Assembly (NCBI GenBank): GCA_043817315.1 | Contig: JBDRGY010000014.1 | Location: 8,690-72,689 of the forward strand | Source: Patescibacteria group bacterium | GTDB lineage: Bacteria; Patescibacteriota; Patescibacteriia; JBDRGY01 | DNA length: 64,000 bases | Direction of reading: 5' to 3' | Shown: positions 37,562-46,962 of the stretch, piece after piece | How positions within the stretch are numbered: position 1 is the first letter of the stretch | How the letters are laid out: each line of letters starts with the position of its first letter | The notes under the pieces: generated by a model | Database searches by the model: none | What the model was told of the DNA's origin: nothing | What the model saw: only the letters and a program-made list of their open reading frames with translations | Made by a program: the position numbers and the translations under genes

Positions 37562-38389
37562 TTGAAGCTGAAGATCGGGCTAGTCGTAGTCGTTGCTCTT
37601 GTTTCGATCATCTTAGTTAGCTGCTCCCAACAGACAGAACCAAAGTTGACGGTTCGGGAAAGGCAGCTGATTGAATCGAGCCGATCCAGTCTGGCTCAAT
37701 TGGCTGAAACGAGCCAGGCGGCAAAGGAACTGCTTCTCTTTTTCGACAACGAGGCAACTTTAGCCAAGTACATCGACAAAGAGACGTTCCAGGTGGTTGA
37801 AGATCCCCAGAGTCCTCATTTCTTCTACGTAGTGGCGGATACAACCAAGCCTGTACTGGGAGAACAAAGATCGTACGTGGCAGCCGAGTTTGATATAGGG
37901 ATTCGTTGTCTGACTCTGTACGACTATCAGTTTTCCGGGCTGGTGCAGGGGCTTTTCCTGGCACACGAGCTGCAACACGCCATGGACTGTGTATTGGGAG
38001 GCGAAAAGGTAAGCACCTTTATATCAGTTGAATGGCTGATGGGTGAATACCACGCTCTCTGGACAGTCAAGGAGATTCTCAATCAGCATACGGAAGGAGA
38101 GTGGGAGGAAATCGCCCTGACCAGCCGGGCAAAACGAGAATCACTGTCAATTGCCCTTGGCCATGATACCTCTTCCTTTACCTTTGGACCGGCGCCTGGT
38201 GATTCCAGCCGGATTGTCGCTCTTTTCGGAAACTTGGCCCCAGATGACTACAATTCCCTGGTAACTCAGATGATCATTGATGCCAATATGTACAATGTCA
38301 AAGAAATAGCCGGGGCCGACACTATGCTCTTTTTCAATGGAGCTTTGGATTTCCTAGAGACGTTCTACTCTACATATGGAGCCCACTAG
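37562..38389 (+). CDS. Hypothetical lipoprotein with HExxH zinc-metallopeptidase-like motif
   Basis: TTG start after a strong SD AAAGGAGGTG; lipobox-like ILVSC; LAHELQHAMD..GEYHA; own promoter (TTGACA 37488) and terminator. Confidence 0.65.
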   Translation: MKLKIGLVVVVALVSIILVSCSQQTEPKLTVRERQLIESSRSSLAQLAETSQAAKELLLFFDNEATLAKYIDKETFQVVEDPQSPHFFYVVADTTKPVLGEQRSYVAAEFDIGIRCLTLYDYQFSGLVQGLFLAHELQHAMDCVLGGEKVSTFISVEWLMGEYHALWTVKEILNQHTEGEWEEIALTSRAKRESLSIALGHDTSSFTFGPAPGDSSRIVALFGNLAPDDYNSLVTQMIIDANMYNVKEIAGADTMLFFNGALDFLETFYSTYGAH

Positions 38390-38401
38390 TCACATCCCGC
38401 C

Positions 38402-38434
38402 AAGGTCTCTTATATAAGAGACCTTTTTATTTTT
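38402..38434 (+). terminator. Intrinsic terminator
   Basis: Perfect palindrome AAGGTCTCTTATATAAGAGACCTT followed by a T-rich tract. Confidence 0.8.
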
Positions 38435-38501
38435 GTTGACAATTCTAATCAATATTGTAAGCTATGGTCAGACGGGACAAGATCATTGGCCCGTTTTTCA
38501 A

Positions 38502-39962
38502 TTGCCAGCTAAATATTTTAAAGCCAGCTTAATGGGGTTTATCTTAGGAACGGGGCTGGCTTCTTTTTATTCGCTTGATCACCAGATGTTGTATCTGCTC
38601 GTTGGCTTGGGATTAGTTTTTTTGATTCCCCAAAGAAGCAGAATGATCGGATTGGTCCTTATTCTAGCTAGTCTAGCAGTTTTTAGATGGCAGCTGGTGG
38701 CCGACCCAGACCTCTCTTCAGAATATGACAAGGAGGTAAGTTTTACGGCCACAATTGACAGGGAGGTGGATTTAAGACTGAACCAGCAACGTTTAACGGT
38801 ATTGGCTAAAGAATATAACACTCATTTTTTGATTACCACCTACTTATATCCCAGATTCTCCTACGGTGATCAACTAGAAATCAGCGGCAGGTTGCAAGAG
38901 CCTGAAGCCTTTTCCGATTTCGATTACCAAGGTTATTTAGAGCGCTACGGTATTCACGGTATCATTTATCGTCCTTGGATTGAAAAAACTGGAGAAGACA
39001 GCTCGTTTCGGAGATACTTGTTTCAATTTAAGGGCCTGGTCAAGAACAAATTAGACCAGTATCTTGTGGAACCGACCAGTTCTTTGGTCAAAGCCATTAT
39101 TCTGGCAACTAAAGGAACTGTACCCTCGGAAATAAAAGAGAATTTCAGCAAAGCTGGAACCAGCCACATTATTGCCATTTCCGGAATGCACATTACCATC
39201 ATATCTGGATTAATATTAAACCTTCTATTGGGAGCGGGCCTAAATCGCAAGCAGGCCTTTTGGGCAGCTACTCTGATACTGCTTATCTATCTGTTTATCA
39301 TTGGTTTTCCGGCTTCAGCAGTCAGGGCAACTTTTATGGGTTTTTTAGTGATGTGGGCTATGTATTTGGGTCGGCTCAATAATTCCCTAAACGCCATTCT
39401 ATTAACTGCTTCAGTAATGTTGCTGTTAAACCCCAGGTTATTGAGAAACGATATTGGCTTTCAGCTTTCTTTTGCTGCTGTTATTGGCATAATATACTTC
39501 AAACCCTGGTTCGATAAACTTTTCGAGAAGTTATCCAGCCGTTTTCAGATCAAGGAAGCGATTGCCATGACTTTAGCGGCTCAGGTCACTACCTTTCCCT
39601 TAATAATTTACTATTTTGATAGGTTTTCTCTGGTGGCACCCCTGGCCAATATCTTAGTGGTGCCGGTTTTGCCCTTTATATTGATTTTGGGCATCGTCGG
39701 TATCGGTCTCAGTTTTATAATTCCCTTTTTGGCTCCAGTGGTTTTTGGAACGCTGTCTCTGTTGGTCACCTATGTGATTAAAGTAATTGAACTTCTGAGT
39801 GGCTTTTCATTTTCATACATGATGGTTGATAATTTTACGGGTACACATATTCTTGTGTCCTATTTTGTAGTTTCTACTGGACTTCTGCTTATAAATAAAT
39901 ATAGACGTAGACAGATAACCATTGCGAGCCCCGACGAGGGGCGTGACAATCCCGATAATTAG
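38502..39962 (+). CDS. comEC: ComEC/Rec2 competence protein (OB domain + transmembrane competence domain)
   Basis: FDYQGYL, GTSHIIAISGMHI, SAVRA and DIGFQLSFAAV. The ORF-track start (38433) overlaps a promoter (TTGACA 38436), so the true start is probably TTG 38502 or ATG 38532. Confidence 0.92.
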   Translation: MPAKYFKASLMGFILGTGLASFYSLDHQMLYLLVGLGLVFLIPQRSRMIGLVLILASLAVFRWQLVADPDLSSEYDKEVSFTATIDREVDLRLNQQRLTVLAKEYNTHFLITTYLYPRFSYGDQLEISGRLQEPEAFSDFDYQGYLERYGIHGIIYRPWIEKTGEDSSFRRYLFQFKGLVKNKLDQYLVEPTSSLVKAIILATKGTVPSEIKENFSKAGTSHIIAISGMHITIISGLILNLLLGAGLNRKQAFWAATLILLIYLFIIGFPASAVRATFMGFLVMWAMYLGRLNNSLNAILLTASVMLLLNPRLLRNDIGFQLSFAAVIGIIYFKPWFDKLFEKLSSRFQIKEAIAMTLAAQVTTFPLIIYYFDRFSLVAPLANILVVPVLPFILILGIVGIGLSFIIPFLAPVVFGTLSLLVTYVIKVIELLSGFSFSYMMVDNFTGTHILVSYFVVSTGLLLINKYRRRQITIASPDEGRDNPDN

Positions 39963-40303
39963 CTGCCAGGGGAAAGAAGAATTACTACATCTATATCATG
40001 ACTAATAATAGAAACACGGTCTTATATGTGGGTATGACCAGTAATTTGGTAAGACGAGTTGAGTCGCACAAAGATAAAATTGTTAAGGGGTTTACAAAAA
40101 GATATAATATAGATAAATTGGTGTATTTTGAGGAAAGTAATGATCGGTGGGGTGCAATTACTAGAGAAAAGCAAATAAAGGCAGGGTCGAGGGCCAAGAA
40201 AGAGAAAATGATTAATAAAATGAACCCTGGATGGCGGGACCTATGCCACATATTTTACTAATCAATGGGATTGCTTCGTCACTACGCTCCTCGCAATGGT
40301 AAT
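39915..40303. mobile_element. REP-like inverted-repeat-flanked GIY-YIG nuclease element
   Basis: The left end ACCATTGCGAG-CCCCGACGAGGGGC-GTGACAATCCC and right end GGGATTGC-TTCGTCACTACGCTC-CTCGCAATGGT are mutually inverted and enclose a GIY-YIG ORF. Confidence 0.7.
39998..40261 (+). CDS. Small GIY-YIG nuclease (UPF0213-like), possibly lacking its start codon
   Basis: (YYIYI)MTN..TVLYVGMTSNLVRRVESHK..FTKRYNIDKLVYFE..AITREKQIK. The first motif lies upstream of the only ATG, and there is an in-frame TAA at 39956. Confidence 0.8.
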   Translation: MTNNRNTVLYVGMTSNLVRRVESHKDKIVKGFTKRYNIDKLVYFEESNDRWGAITREKQIKAGSRAKKEKMINKMNPGWRDLCHIFY

Positions 40304-40312
40304 GAATTAAAA

Positions 40313-41167
40313 ATGAACAGCCCAAAAAAATTATTAATAATCATTATTATCCTGACTGCCCTGGGTATGGCCGCTTGCCTTTTTCTTTACCAAGAAAAGG
40401 AAAAGTTGTTGGAAGTAGTTTTTATGGACGTGGGTCAAGGCGATGCCATTTTGATAAAAACTCCTTACGATCAGCAAATCTTAATAGACGGGGGGCCAGA
40501 CAACCAGGTGCTTCAGAAATTGGGTCAGCATATGCCTTTTTGGGACCGCTCGATTGATCTGTTGATCTTGACTCATCCCCATTCTGATCACGTGGGCGGC
40601 TTGCCAGCAGTTATGGATCGCTATCAGGTTGAGCAGATATTTTATACGGGTGTACTGCATACCTCACCCGATTATTTAGCTTGGTTGCAAAAGATAGAGG
40701 AGCAAGCCGTCGATCTAAAAATTACCAAATCAGGTGACAGAGTTAATTTAGGTAACGATCTTTATTTAGACACTTTATTTCCCCTGGAGGATTACACTAA
40801 CCAAGAAGTGGAGGATTTGAACGGGACTTCTGTTGTTAATAAATTGGTTTACGGCCAACACGCCTTCTTGCTGACCGGCGATTTACCCGCGGAGCAGGAA
40901 CTGGCAGTTTTGAACCAGGGAATCAATGTGACCGCTGACGTTTTAAAAGTAGGACATCATGGATCCAAATATTCTTCTTCTTCAGAATTCTTGTCAGACG
41001 TCGACCCTCAATACGCCATTGTTCAAGTGGGCCAAGACAACAAATTTGGTCATCCTCATCTGGTTGCTTTAAACAATATAGAGAGTTCGGGGGCGGTGAT
41101 TCTGCGTAGTGATAAATTGGGTGATATTAAATGCCAATCAGACAAATCGGTTTTATCTTGTTTCTAG
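40313..41167 (+). CDS. ComEC-associated MBL-fold metallo-hydrolase
   Basis: DVGQGDA, ILIDGGP, THPHSDHVGG, LLTGD, LKVGHHGS and FGHPH. The start is ATG 40313; the upstream ATG 40265 lies inside the repeat. Confidence 0.92.
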   Translation: MNSPKKLLIIIIILTALGMAACLFLYQEKEKLLEVVFMDVGQGDAILIKTPYDQQILIDGGPDNQVLQKLGQHMPFWDRSIDLLILTHPHSDHVGGLPAVMDRYQVEQIFYTGVLHTSPDYLAWLQKIEEQAVDLKITKSGDRVNLGNDLYLDTLFPLEDYTNQEVEDLNGTSVVNKLVYGQHAFLLTGDLPAEQELAVLNQGINVTADVLKVGHHGSKYSSSSEFLSDVDPQYAIVQVGQDNKFGHPHLVALNNIESSGAVILRSDKLGDIKCQSDKSVLSCF

Positions 41168-41187
41168 TTTGTGATATAATTTGATAT

Positions 41188-41865
41188 ATGGCGGAAAGTG
41201 AAAAAATCGATCAGGCAATTAGACCTTGGTATTTAAAGGGCTGGGGCTTGGTTTTTTCCATAGCCTTGATAGCTGTTTTGATCTGGCTGATCGGCCTGGT
41301 AATGTGGCTTTATAACCCTTTTGCTGAGTTGGGAGGAACCAGCCGGCAAGCGGTTAATCCCCTGAGTGTTGATGAAGATGATGATCCGGCCTGGGGAAGT
41401 GTCTATGCCAAAGTGACCATTATCTCCTTTGAGGATTACACCTGCCCGGTTTGCGGTGAGGCCTACGAGGCTATAAAACAGATACGGGAAAACTACTACG
41501 ACGATGTATATATTGTCTTCCGCGATTTCCCTATTTTGGGTCCGACTTCTACCACAGCGGCTTTGGCAGCGGAGTGTGCCGAGGATCAAGGGAAATTTTG
41601 GGAGATGCACGATAAGCTTTTTGAGAACCAAACTTTAATTTCTGAAGAATACGTAAAAGCTTTTGCAGCCCAAATCGGTCTGGATTTGAACACCTTTACT
41701 GATTGTTTGTACGACAACGAGCATCGGGCCGAGATCCAAAGTGATTTAAGTGAAGGTATTGCGGCCGGAGTTGAGGGGACACCGACTTGGTTTATTGAAG
41801 GAACCAGGTTAGAGGGGGCGATTCCTTACGAGGTTTGGGAACAAATAATAGATAGTTATATATAA
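41188..41865 (+). CDS. Membrane-anchored DsbA-family thioredoxin-fold protein
   Basis: FEDYTCPVC, FRDFP, AECAEDQGKFWEMHD and GVEGTPT. Confidence 0.9.
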   Translation: MAESEKIDQAIRPWYLKGWGLVFSIALIAVLIWLIGLVMWLYNPFAELGGTSRQAVNPLSVDEDDDPAWGSVYAKVTIISFEDYTCPVCGEAYEAIKQIRENYYDDVYIVFRDFPILGPTSTTAALAAECAEDQGKFWEMHDKLFENQTLISEEYVKAFAAQIGLDLNTFTDCLYDNEHRAEIQSDLSEGIAAGVEGTPTWFIEGTRLEGAIPYEVWEQIIDSYI

Positions 41866-41905
41866 AGGAAAGACAAATTAACCAACAGTAGGTTTATATT
41901 TTTTT

Positions 41906-42889
41906 ATGCCGATTATCGAAGTAAACAATCTAACTAAGAAGTTCAAATCGTTGGTGGCCGTCAATGACGTATCCTTTACTGTAAGCCAGGGAGAGATATT
42001 TGGTTTTTTGGGACCCAACGGAGCGGGCAAGACAACCACTATCAATATCTTAACCACCTTGCTGCAACCAACATCAGGATCGGCCACTGTCAATCAGTTT
42101 GATGTGGTCAAAAACAAAGAACAAGTCAGAGAGAGTATTGGTTTGATTTTTCAGGACCCCTCATTGGATGACAAACTGTCGGCCTTGGAAAATCTCAAAT
42201 TTCATGCTTGGCTCTACCGGGTGGATAAAGCCGTGCAACAGCAGAGGATGTCTGAGATGCTAAAGATGGTCGGCCTATATAGCAGAAAGAAAGATCGAGT
42301 GGATACCTTTTCGGGGGGGATGAAAAGGAGGCTGGAAATTGCCAGGGGACTTATCCATCACCCCAAAGTATTATTTTTAGACGAACCGACCATCGGCCTG
42401 GATCCCCAAACCCGTAATCATATTTGGGAATATGTCCTACAGTTGAGAGCCAGGGAGAATATTACTATGTTTTTAACCACCCACTACATGGATGAAGCTG
42501 AATACTGTGATCGGGTAGCAATTATCGATGAAGGTAAAATTATAGCCCTGGATACGGTGGCCAACTTGAAGAAGTTGATCGGCGGTGACGTTATTATTAT
42601 CAAAACCAGTGATAACCAAAAAGCCCAAGAAGAAATCCAGCAGAAGTGGCAATTGGAAGCCAAGCCCAAAGATGACCAGTTGATGATAAATAAACCGGGG
42701 GGCGAAAAGTTTATCCCCGACTTGTTTAAGAATATCAGTCCCGCCATTGAAAGTGTGGCCCTGCGGCAGCCGACTCTCAATGATGTATTTCTGAAATTAA
42801 CCGGCAAAGAAATTCGTGATGAAGAAGTTTCCAAGAAAGATAAAATGAAAAGACATTTAAAAATGAGAAGCAGGATGGGACCCCACTAA
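41906..42889 (+). CDS. ABC-2 type exporter ATP-binding subunit (DrrA-like)
   Basis: GPNGAGKTT, FSGGMKRRLEIA, LFLDEPTIGLDP and TTHYMDEAE. Confidence 0.93.
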   Translation: MPIIEVNNLTKKFKSLVAVNDVSFTVSQGEIFGFLGPNGAGKTTTINILTTLLQPTSGSATVNQFDVVKNKEQVRESIGLIFQDPSLDDKLSALENLKFHAWLYRVDKAVQQQRMSEMLKMVGLYSRKKDRVDTFSGGMKRRLEIARGLIHHPKVLFLDEPTIGLDPQTRNHIWEYVLQLRARENITMFLTTHYMDEAEYCDRVAIIDEGKIIALDTVANLKKLIGGDVIIIKTSDNQKAQEEIQQKWQLEAKPKDDQLMINKPGGEKFIPDLFKNISPAIESVALRQPTLNDVFLKLTGKEIRDEEVSKKDKMKRHLKMRSRMGPH

Positions 42890-42890
42890 G

Positions 42891-43709
42891 ATGAAACACC
42901 TCAAAGCAATTTATATTATTTGGTACCGGGATATCCTGCGCTACTGGCGCAACCGGGCCAGGATTATCACTTCCCTGGCCATGCCCTTCTTGTGGTTAGT
43001 GATGTTTGGTTCAGGAATTAAAGGTTCACTTTCTTTTGGTGCCGGGGGATTAGATGGAGCCAATTTTGACTACGTTCAGTTTCTCTTCCCCGGAGTGCTG
43101 GGCATGACTATTTTATTCACCTCTATCTTTGCCGCCATCTCTATAGTGACTGATCGGGAATTTGGTTTTATGAAAGAGATTTTAGTCGCTCCGGTTTCTA
43201 GGACGGCAGTGGCTTTGGGCAAGATCTTGGGTGGTTCGACCATAGCCATGGTTCAGGCTTCTCTGATGATGGTCTTAGCTCCTTTAGTCGGGGTGCAACT
43301 GTCCTGGGGGTTGGTGTTGGGCTTATTACCGGTAATGTTTTTGGTGGCTTTTTCCCTAAACTCGCTGGGGATTTTAGTGGCCTCTCGCCTCAAATCTACC
43401 GAAGCCTTTTCTATGGTAATGCAGTTTATTATGATGCCCATGTTTTTCTTGTCAGGAGCCCTTTTTCCGCTGAATAATTTGCCGGGCTGGATGACATTTT
43501 TGAGCAAAATAAATCCTGCTTCCTACGGTATAGATAGTTTGCGCCAGGTGGCCTTTAGGTATTTAGAGGTACCGGAGACGATAGCTGATTATTTCAAGAT
43601 GGAACTATTCGGCAATAAATTGAGCTTAGGATACGACCTATTGTTGGTGGGCGCCTTTGGTTTAGTGATGCTGCTGGCGGCAGTACTGGCCTTTCGCCGC
43701 AGTCAATAA
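42891..43709 (+). CDS. ABC-2 type exporter permease
   Basis: FLFPGVLGM, DREFGFMKEILVAP, FLSGALFP and NPASYGIDSLR. Confidence 0.92.
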   Translation: MKHLKAIYIIWYRDILRYWRNRARIITSLAMPFLWLVMFGSGIKGSLSFGAGGLDGANFDYVQFLFPGVLGMTILFTSIFAAISIVTDREFGFMKEILVAPVSRTAVALGKILGGSTIAMVQASLMMVLAPLVGVQLSWGLVLGLLPVMFLVAFSLNSLGILVASRLKSTEAFSMVMQFIMMPMFFLSGALFPLNNLPGWMTFLSKINPASYGIDSLRQVAFRYLEVPETIADYFKMELFGNKLSLGYDLLLVGAFGLVMLLAAVLAFRRSQ

Positions 43710-43786
43710 AGGGATTCTTGACAAATTTTTCAATCATGATAAACTTTCTTAACCGGATAAATATTAATTAATAAAGGATAAAAAAG

Positions 43787-44554
43787 ATGAATGAAGGATC
43801 ACCAGAAGGAAAAGGTATTTTCAAAAACCCATCGAAACAAACCTTTTTACTGGGTTTATTCATAGGCATTTCGGTCATCACAACCTTTGCCTTTTTCTTT
43901 ACCCTGGCCATGGCTTTAGACAATGGTTCCCTGGGTGGAGACGATGCCAAAGTGGCTGATAGCGGCAACGTAGCTGGTCAACAGGATGCCGTCGTAGATC
44001 CTGCTGCTGGGGTTGCTCCCACTCCCACTCCTACTCCAGTTGACATCGAACAGATCGTTAGCCTGGATGGAGCTCACATCAAAGGAGCCGAGAACGCTAC
44101 TGTTACCATGATCGAGTATTCTGATTTTGAGTGTCCTTACTGCTCAAAGCACCAGGAAACTCTAACTCAGATTTTAGATGAATATCCCAACGACGTCAGA
44201 TTAGTTTATAAACATTTCCCCTTGTCTTTTCATGCCAACGCCCAAAAGGCCGGTGAAGCCTCTGAATGTGCCGGTGATCAAGACAAATTTTGGGAGATGC
44301 ACGACCTGATCTATGCCGCTGAAGCCTTCAGTATCGATACCTTCAAACAGTTTGCCAAAGATCTGGGTCTGGATACCAGCAAGTTTAACACTTGTTTGGA
44401 TGACGGTACTCACGCTTCCACAGTGCAATCTGACATGGTAGAGGGACAAGCCGCCGGAGTCGAAGGAACTCCAGCCACCTTTGTAAACGGCACCCTAATC
44501 TCAGGTGCTATTCCCTACGATTCTTTCAAGGCGGTTATCGATGCCGAGCTCTAA
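43787..44554 (+). CDS. Membrane-anchored DsbA-family protein
   Basis: YSDFECPYC, YKHFPL, ECAGDQDKFWEMHD and GVEGTPA; promoter TTGACA(43718)-16-TAAACT. Confidence 0.92.
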   Translation: MNEGSPEGKGIFKNPSKQTFLLGLFIGISVITTFAFFFTLAMALDNGSLGGDDAKVADSGNVAGQQDAVVDPAAGVAPTPTPTPVDIEQIVSLDGAHIKGAENATVTMIEYSDFECPYCSKHQETLTQILDEYPNDVRLVYKHFPLSFHANAQKAGEASECAGDQDKFWEMHDLIYAAEAFSIDTFKQFAKDLGLDTSKFNTCLDDGTHASTVQSDMVEGQAAGVEGTPATFVNGTLISGAIPYDSFKAVIDAEL

Positions 44555-45322
44555 ATGATTCCCTGGTTTCAATTCACACAGTTTTCCATAGGACCCCTGA
44601 CCATCCAGGTCTGGGGTCTTTTTCTGGCCCTAGCTTTTTTGGTCAGCATCATCGCCAGTGGCTATGAATTAAAAAGAAAAGGTTTGCAGCATCGGATAAT
44701 CTTGGATCTATCAGTCTGGGTAATCATTGGAGCTATTGTGGGCGGCCGCTTGTTCTATGTTCTTAATGAGTGGTCCCGGTTCCAAGAGCAGCTGGTTGAT
44801 ATCTTCAAATTGTGGCAAGGAGGCATGGCCTTGTACGGTGGAGTGATTGGCGGCAGTCTTGCTGCTTGGCTTTTTATCAAACGCAAGAAACTGAAGTTCG
44901 GACCTTATGCTGATGCTGTTTTGTTTACTCTTCCCTTGGGGCTCTTTGTCGGCAGGATTGGTTGTCTGATGATTCACGATCATCTGGGTTCAGTGACCAC
45001 AGTGCCTTGGGGCATAGAGTATTTAGGGCAGGTGAGACACGAAACTGCTTTATACAGCCTGGTACTCAATTTAGTCTTGTTTATAGTCTTATTCTTTCTG
45101 CGCAAAGCCAAGTTTAATTTTACCGGTTTAGTTTCTTCAATATTCCTGATTGGTTACGGTTTGGGGCGCTTTGTTATTGATATTTTTAGGGCTCAGGATT
45201 TGCCCTTTTCTGATCCCAGATTTGGCGGTTTAACCCCTTCACAGTATGTTAGTATTTTACTAGTGATTATGGGGATCTGGTTATGGATCAGGATAAAGAA
45301 ACAGAGATTAGACGACAAGTAA
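44555..45322 (+). CDS. lgt: Prolipoprotein diacylglyceryl transferase
   Basis: GGRLFYV, WQGGMALYGG, GRIGC, PWG, RHET.LY and YG.GRF.IDIFR. Confidence 0.9.
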   Translation: MIPWFQFTQFSIGPLTIQVWGLFLALAFLVSIIASGYELKRKGLQHRIILDLSVWVIIGAIVGGRLFYVLNEWSRFQEQLVDIFKLWQGGMALYGGVIGGSLAAWLFIKRKKLKFGPYADAVLFTLPLGLFVGRIGCLMIHDHLGSVTTVPWGIEYLGQVRHETALYSLVLNLVLFIVLFFLRKAKFNFTGLVSSIFLIGYGLGRFVIDIFRAQDLPFSDPRFGGLTPSQYVSILLVIMGIWLWIRIKKQRLDDK

Positions 45323-45342
45323 TAAGAGAATAGCTAATATTA

Positions 45343-45365
45343 GACTCCGACATTGGAGTTTTTTT
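45343..45365 (+). terminator. Intrinsic terminator after lgt
   Basis: GACTCCGACATTGGAGTT followed by a T run. Confidence 0.65.
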
Positions 45366-45403
45366 GGTTTTGGTCCTACAATTTAGCTGTCTGGGCTCTA
45401 GCC

Positions 45404-45432
45404 TTGACAAATAGGCGTTTTTGTGATAGTAT
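45404..45432 (+). promoter_or_regulatory. Strong sigma70 promoter of the SPFH cassette
   Basis: TTGACA-17-TAGTAT with a TG extension. Confidence 0.7.
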
Positions 45433-45445
45433 GGCCTGTTAACCT

Positions 45446-45522
45446 GAGGCAGATTCTAGCCTCTGGCTGACCTACCTGTGAATTAGGTAGTTGTTTAGTA
45501 CATTGACAACCTGTTCTGAGTG
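45446..45522 (+). promoter_or_regulatory. Structured leader: two hairpins, a boxA-like motif and the 5' arm of a long-range stem
   Basis: GAGGC/GCCTC and CTACCT/AGGTAG hairpins, then GTACATTGACAAC, then AACCTGTTCTGAGTG, which is complementary to 48121-48136. Confidence 0.5.
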
Positions 45523-45567
45523 AGATAACGAAAGCAAACAGAGCCAAGGACGAGAGGAGGTAGTACC

Positions 45568-46908
45568 ATGATTGCGGCATTTATTGCCCTGTCGGGACTG
45601 GTAGCGGCGGCGATCTACATCGTTGCCTACTACATTCCCAAGCAGAATGGTGATTTCGAGGCCCCCCCGTTACCGCCCCTGAAGACCGAGGGTGTCGATG
45701 GAGCTGATGGCGACGAGCTTACCCCCGAGTACCTCGAGAATGAAGTCGAAGCCCTTCTGACTGAGTTACTGGGAGAAGAAGCGGCTAAGGGAGTCAACTT
45801 GATTCCGCCCAAAACACCGGCTTATCGTGAGGGGTCGATTCCCAAGAAAGCCTGTCATTACCGGGTCGGTGGCAAGTGGACTCTGCTGATTCTCTGGATG
45901 GCCGCTGGTCTGTTCCCGCTGGTCGGTTGGCTGACTCGTGGTGGTATGGGAGCTGGAATCGGGGTATTGATTTCGGTATTCGGCTACTACGTCGTCAGCA
46001 ACTACAGCTATGGTAAGAACGATGCTCAAATCTATCGGGGAGTTGAATTCCTTGGTGATCCAGCTGCCATTGTGCCACCTGGACCCTTCTTCCTGCATCC
46101 TTTCGTGGAGAAGCTGGCTCCACGGGTGGCCAATACCAGGCTGCTTAGTATCAACAAGATCCTGGAAGATGTGCACAGCCGCGGAGCTATCCCGGCCCAC
46201 ATCCAGCTGGGGCTGATGGCCCAGATCGTCAATTCGCCACGGGCCATTGCCGCCTATGTCTGGGGTTTCCAAGGCGATGACGTATCGGCAATGTTGCAGT
46301 CGGTGCGTTCGGCCACTACGGACTTTGTCGGTCAGATTCACTTGATTGACATGTCCAGGCTGCAGTCCTTGCTCCAGATGTTCACCATGTGGTATCTGCG
46401 CTGCCTGCGTTTCTACGAGCGTCTTGGCATCGAAGTGATCATGCCTGAGTACATGGGTTACATCCCTGACGGCGACGAGTATCAAACTGCTCTGTCCGCC
46501 AAGCAGGTCAAGACCCATGAAGGCGAAGGCGTGATTGCTATGGCCGAGAAGCAGAAGGCAGCGGATAAGTTCGCTGGCGAAGGACGTGAGTCCTACTTGA
46601 CTGCTGAAGCTAAGGGTGAGCAGGCGTTGGCCGAGGCGTTGGTCGGAGTCTATAAAGACCCCACCATTGCCGAACGTCACGTCGATCATCGAGGCCGCAA
46701 CACCGCTCTGCTGGCTGCCCAGGATAATGAACGAGTGATTCTGATGTCGGACAACTCTGGTGGTGAGTCTGGCGGCTTGGCAGCCGGTGCCCGGAAGTCA
46801 CTCATGTTCAAGATAATTGGTGACGTGGTCAAGAGAAACCTCCAGGATGCCGGGATTCTTCCCAAGTCCGACGACGATGATCACGCTGCCATCTCTGGTG
46901 CTGAGTAG
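45568..46908 (+). CDS. Divergent SPFH/band-7 (stomatin/QmcA-like) membrane protein
   Basis: Three TM segments, then GVEFLG...PPGPFFLHPFVEK, VRSATTDFVG, LGIEV and an Ala/Glu coiled coil (AEAKGEQALAEA); strong SD GAGGAGG; GC-rich. Confidence 0.7.
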   Translation: MIAAFIALSGLVAAAIYIVAYYIPKQNGDFEAPPLPPLKTEGVDGADGDELTPEYLENEVEALLTELLGEEAAKGVNLIPPKTPAYREGSIPKKACHYRVGGKWTLLILWMAAGLFPLVGWLTRGGMGAGIGVLISVFGYYVVSNYSYGKNDAQIYRGVEFLGDPAAIVPPGPFFLHPFVEKLAPRVANTRLLSINKILEDVHSRGAIPAHIQLGLMAQIVNSPRAIAAYVWGFQGDDVSAMLQSVRSATTDFVGQIHLIDMSRLQSLLQMFTMWYLRCLRFYERLGIEVIMPEYMGYIPDGDEYQTALSAKQVKTHEGEGVIAMAEKQKAADKFAGEGRESYLTAEAKGEQALAEALVGVYKDPTIAERHVDHRGRNTALLAAQDNERVILMSDNSGGESGGLAAGARKSLMFKIIGDVVKRNLQDAGILPKSDDDDHAAISGAE

Positions 46909-46917
46909 TATCTAATC

Positions 46918-46939
46918 GGGGGCGCCCTCGGACGCCCCC
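46918..46939. other. GC-rich intergenic hairpin without a U-tract
   Basis: GGGGGCG-CCCTCGGA-CGCCCCC between the two cassette genes. Confidence 0.6.
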
Positions 46940-46962
46940 ACTAACACTAAGAGGTGATAACT

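Noticed and set aside
37488-38463. Promoter duplication around the lipoprotein gene, as at 11049/12220
   Set aside because: Similarity is limited to the -35 and -10 consensus bases; the spacers differ.
38502-41167. comEC as a pseudogene broken by the GIY-YIG insertion
   Set aside because: Both parts are intact ORFs, and the MBL gene has its own start and N-terminal TM; split comEC is a known natural arrangement.
45766-46689. 307-aa minus-strand ORF and other short ORFs in the GC-rich cassette
   Set aside because: Antisense shadows expected from high GC and codon bias; the expression signals support the + strand genes.
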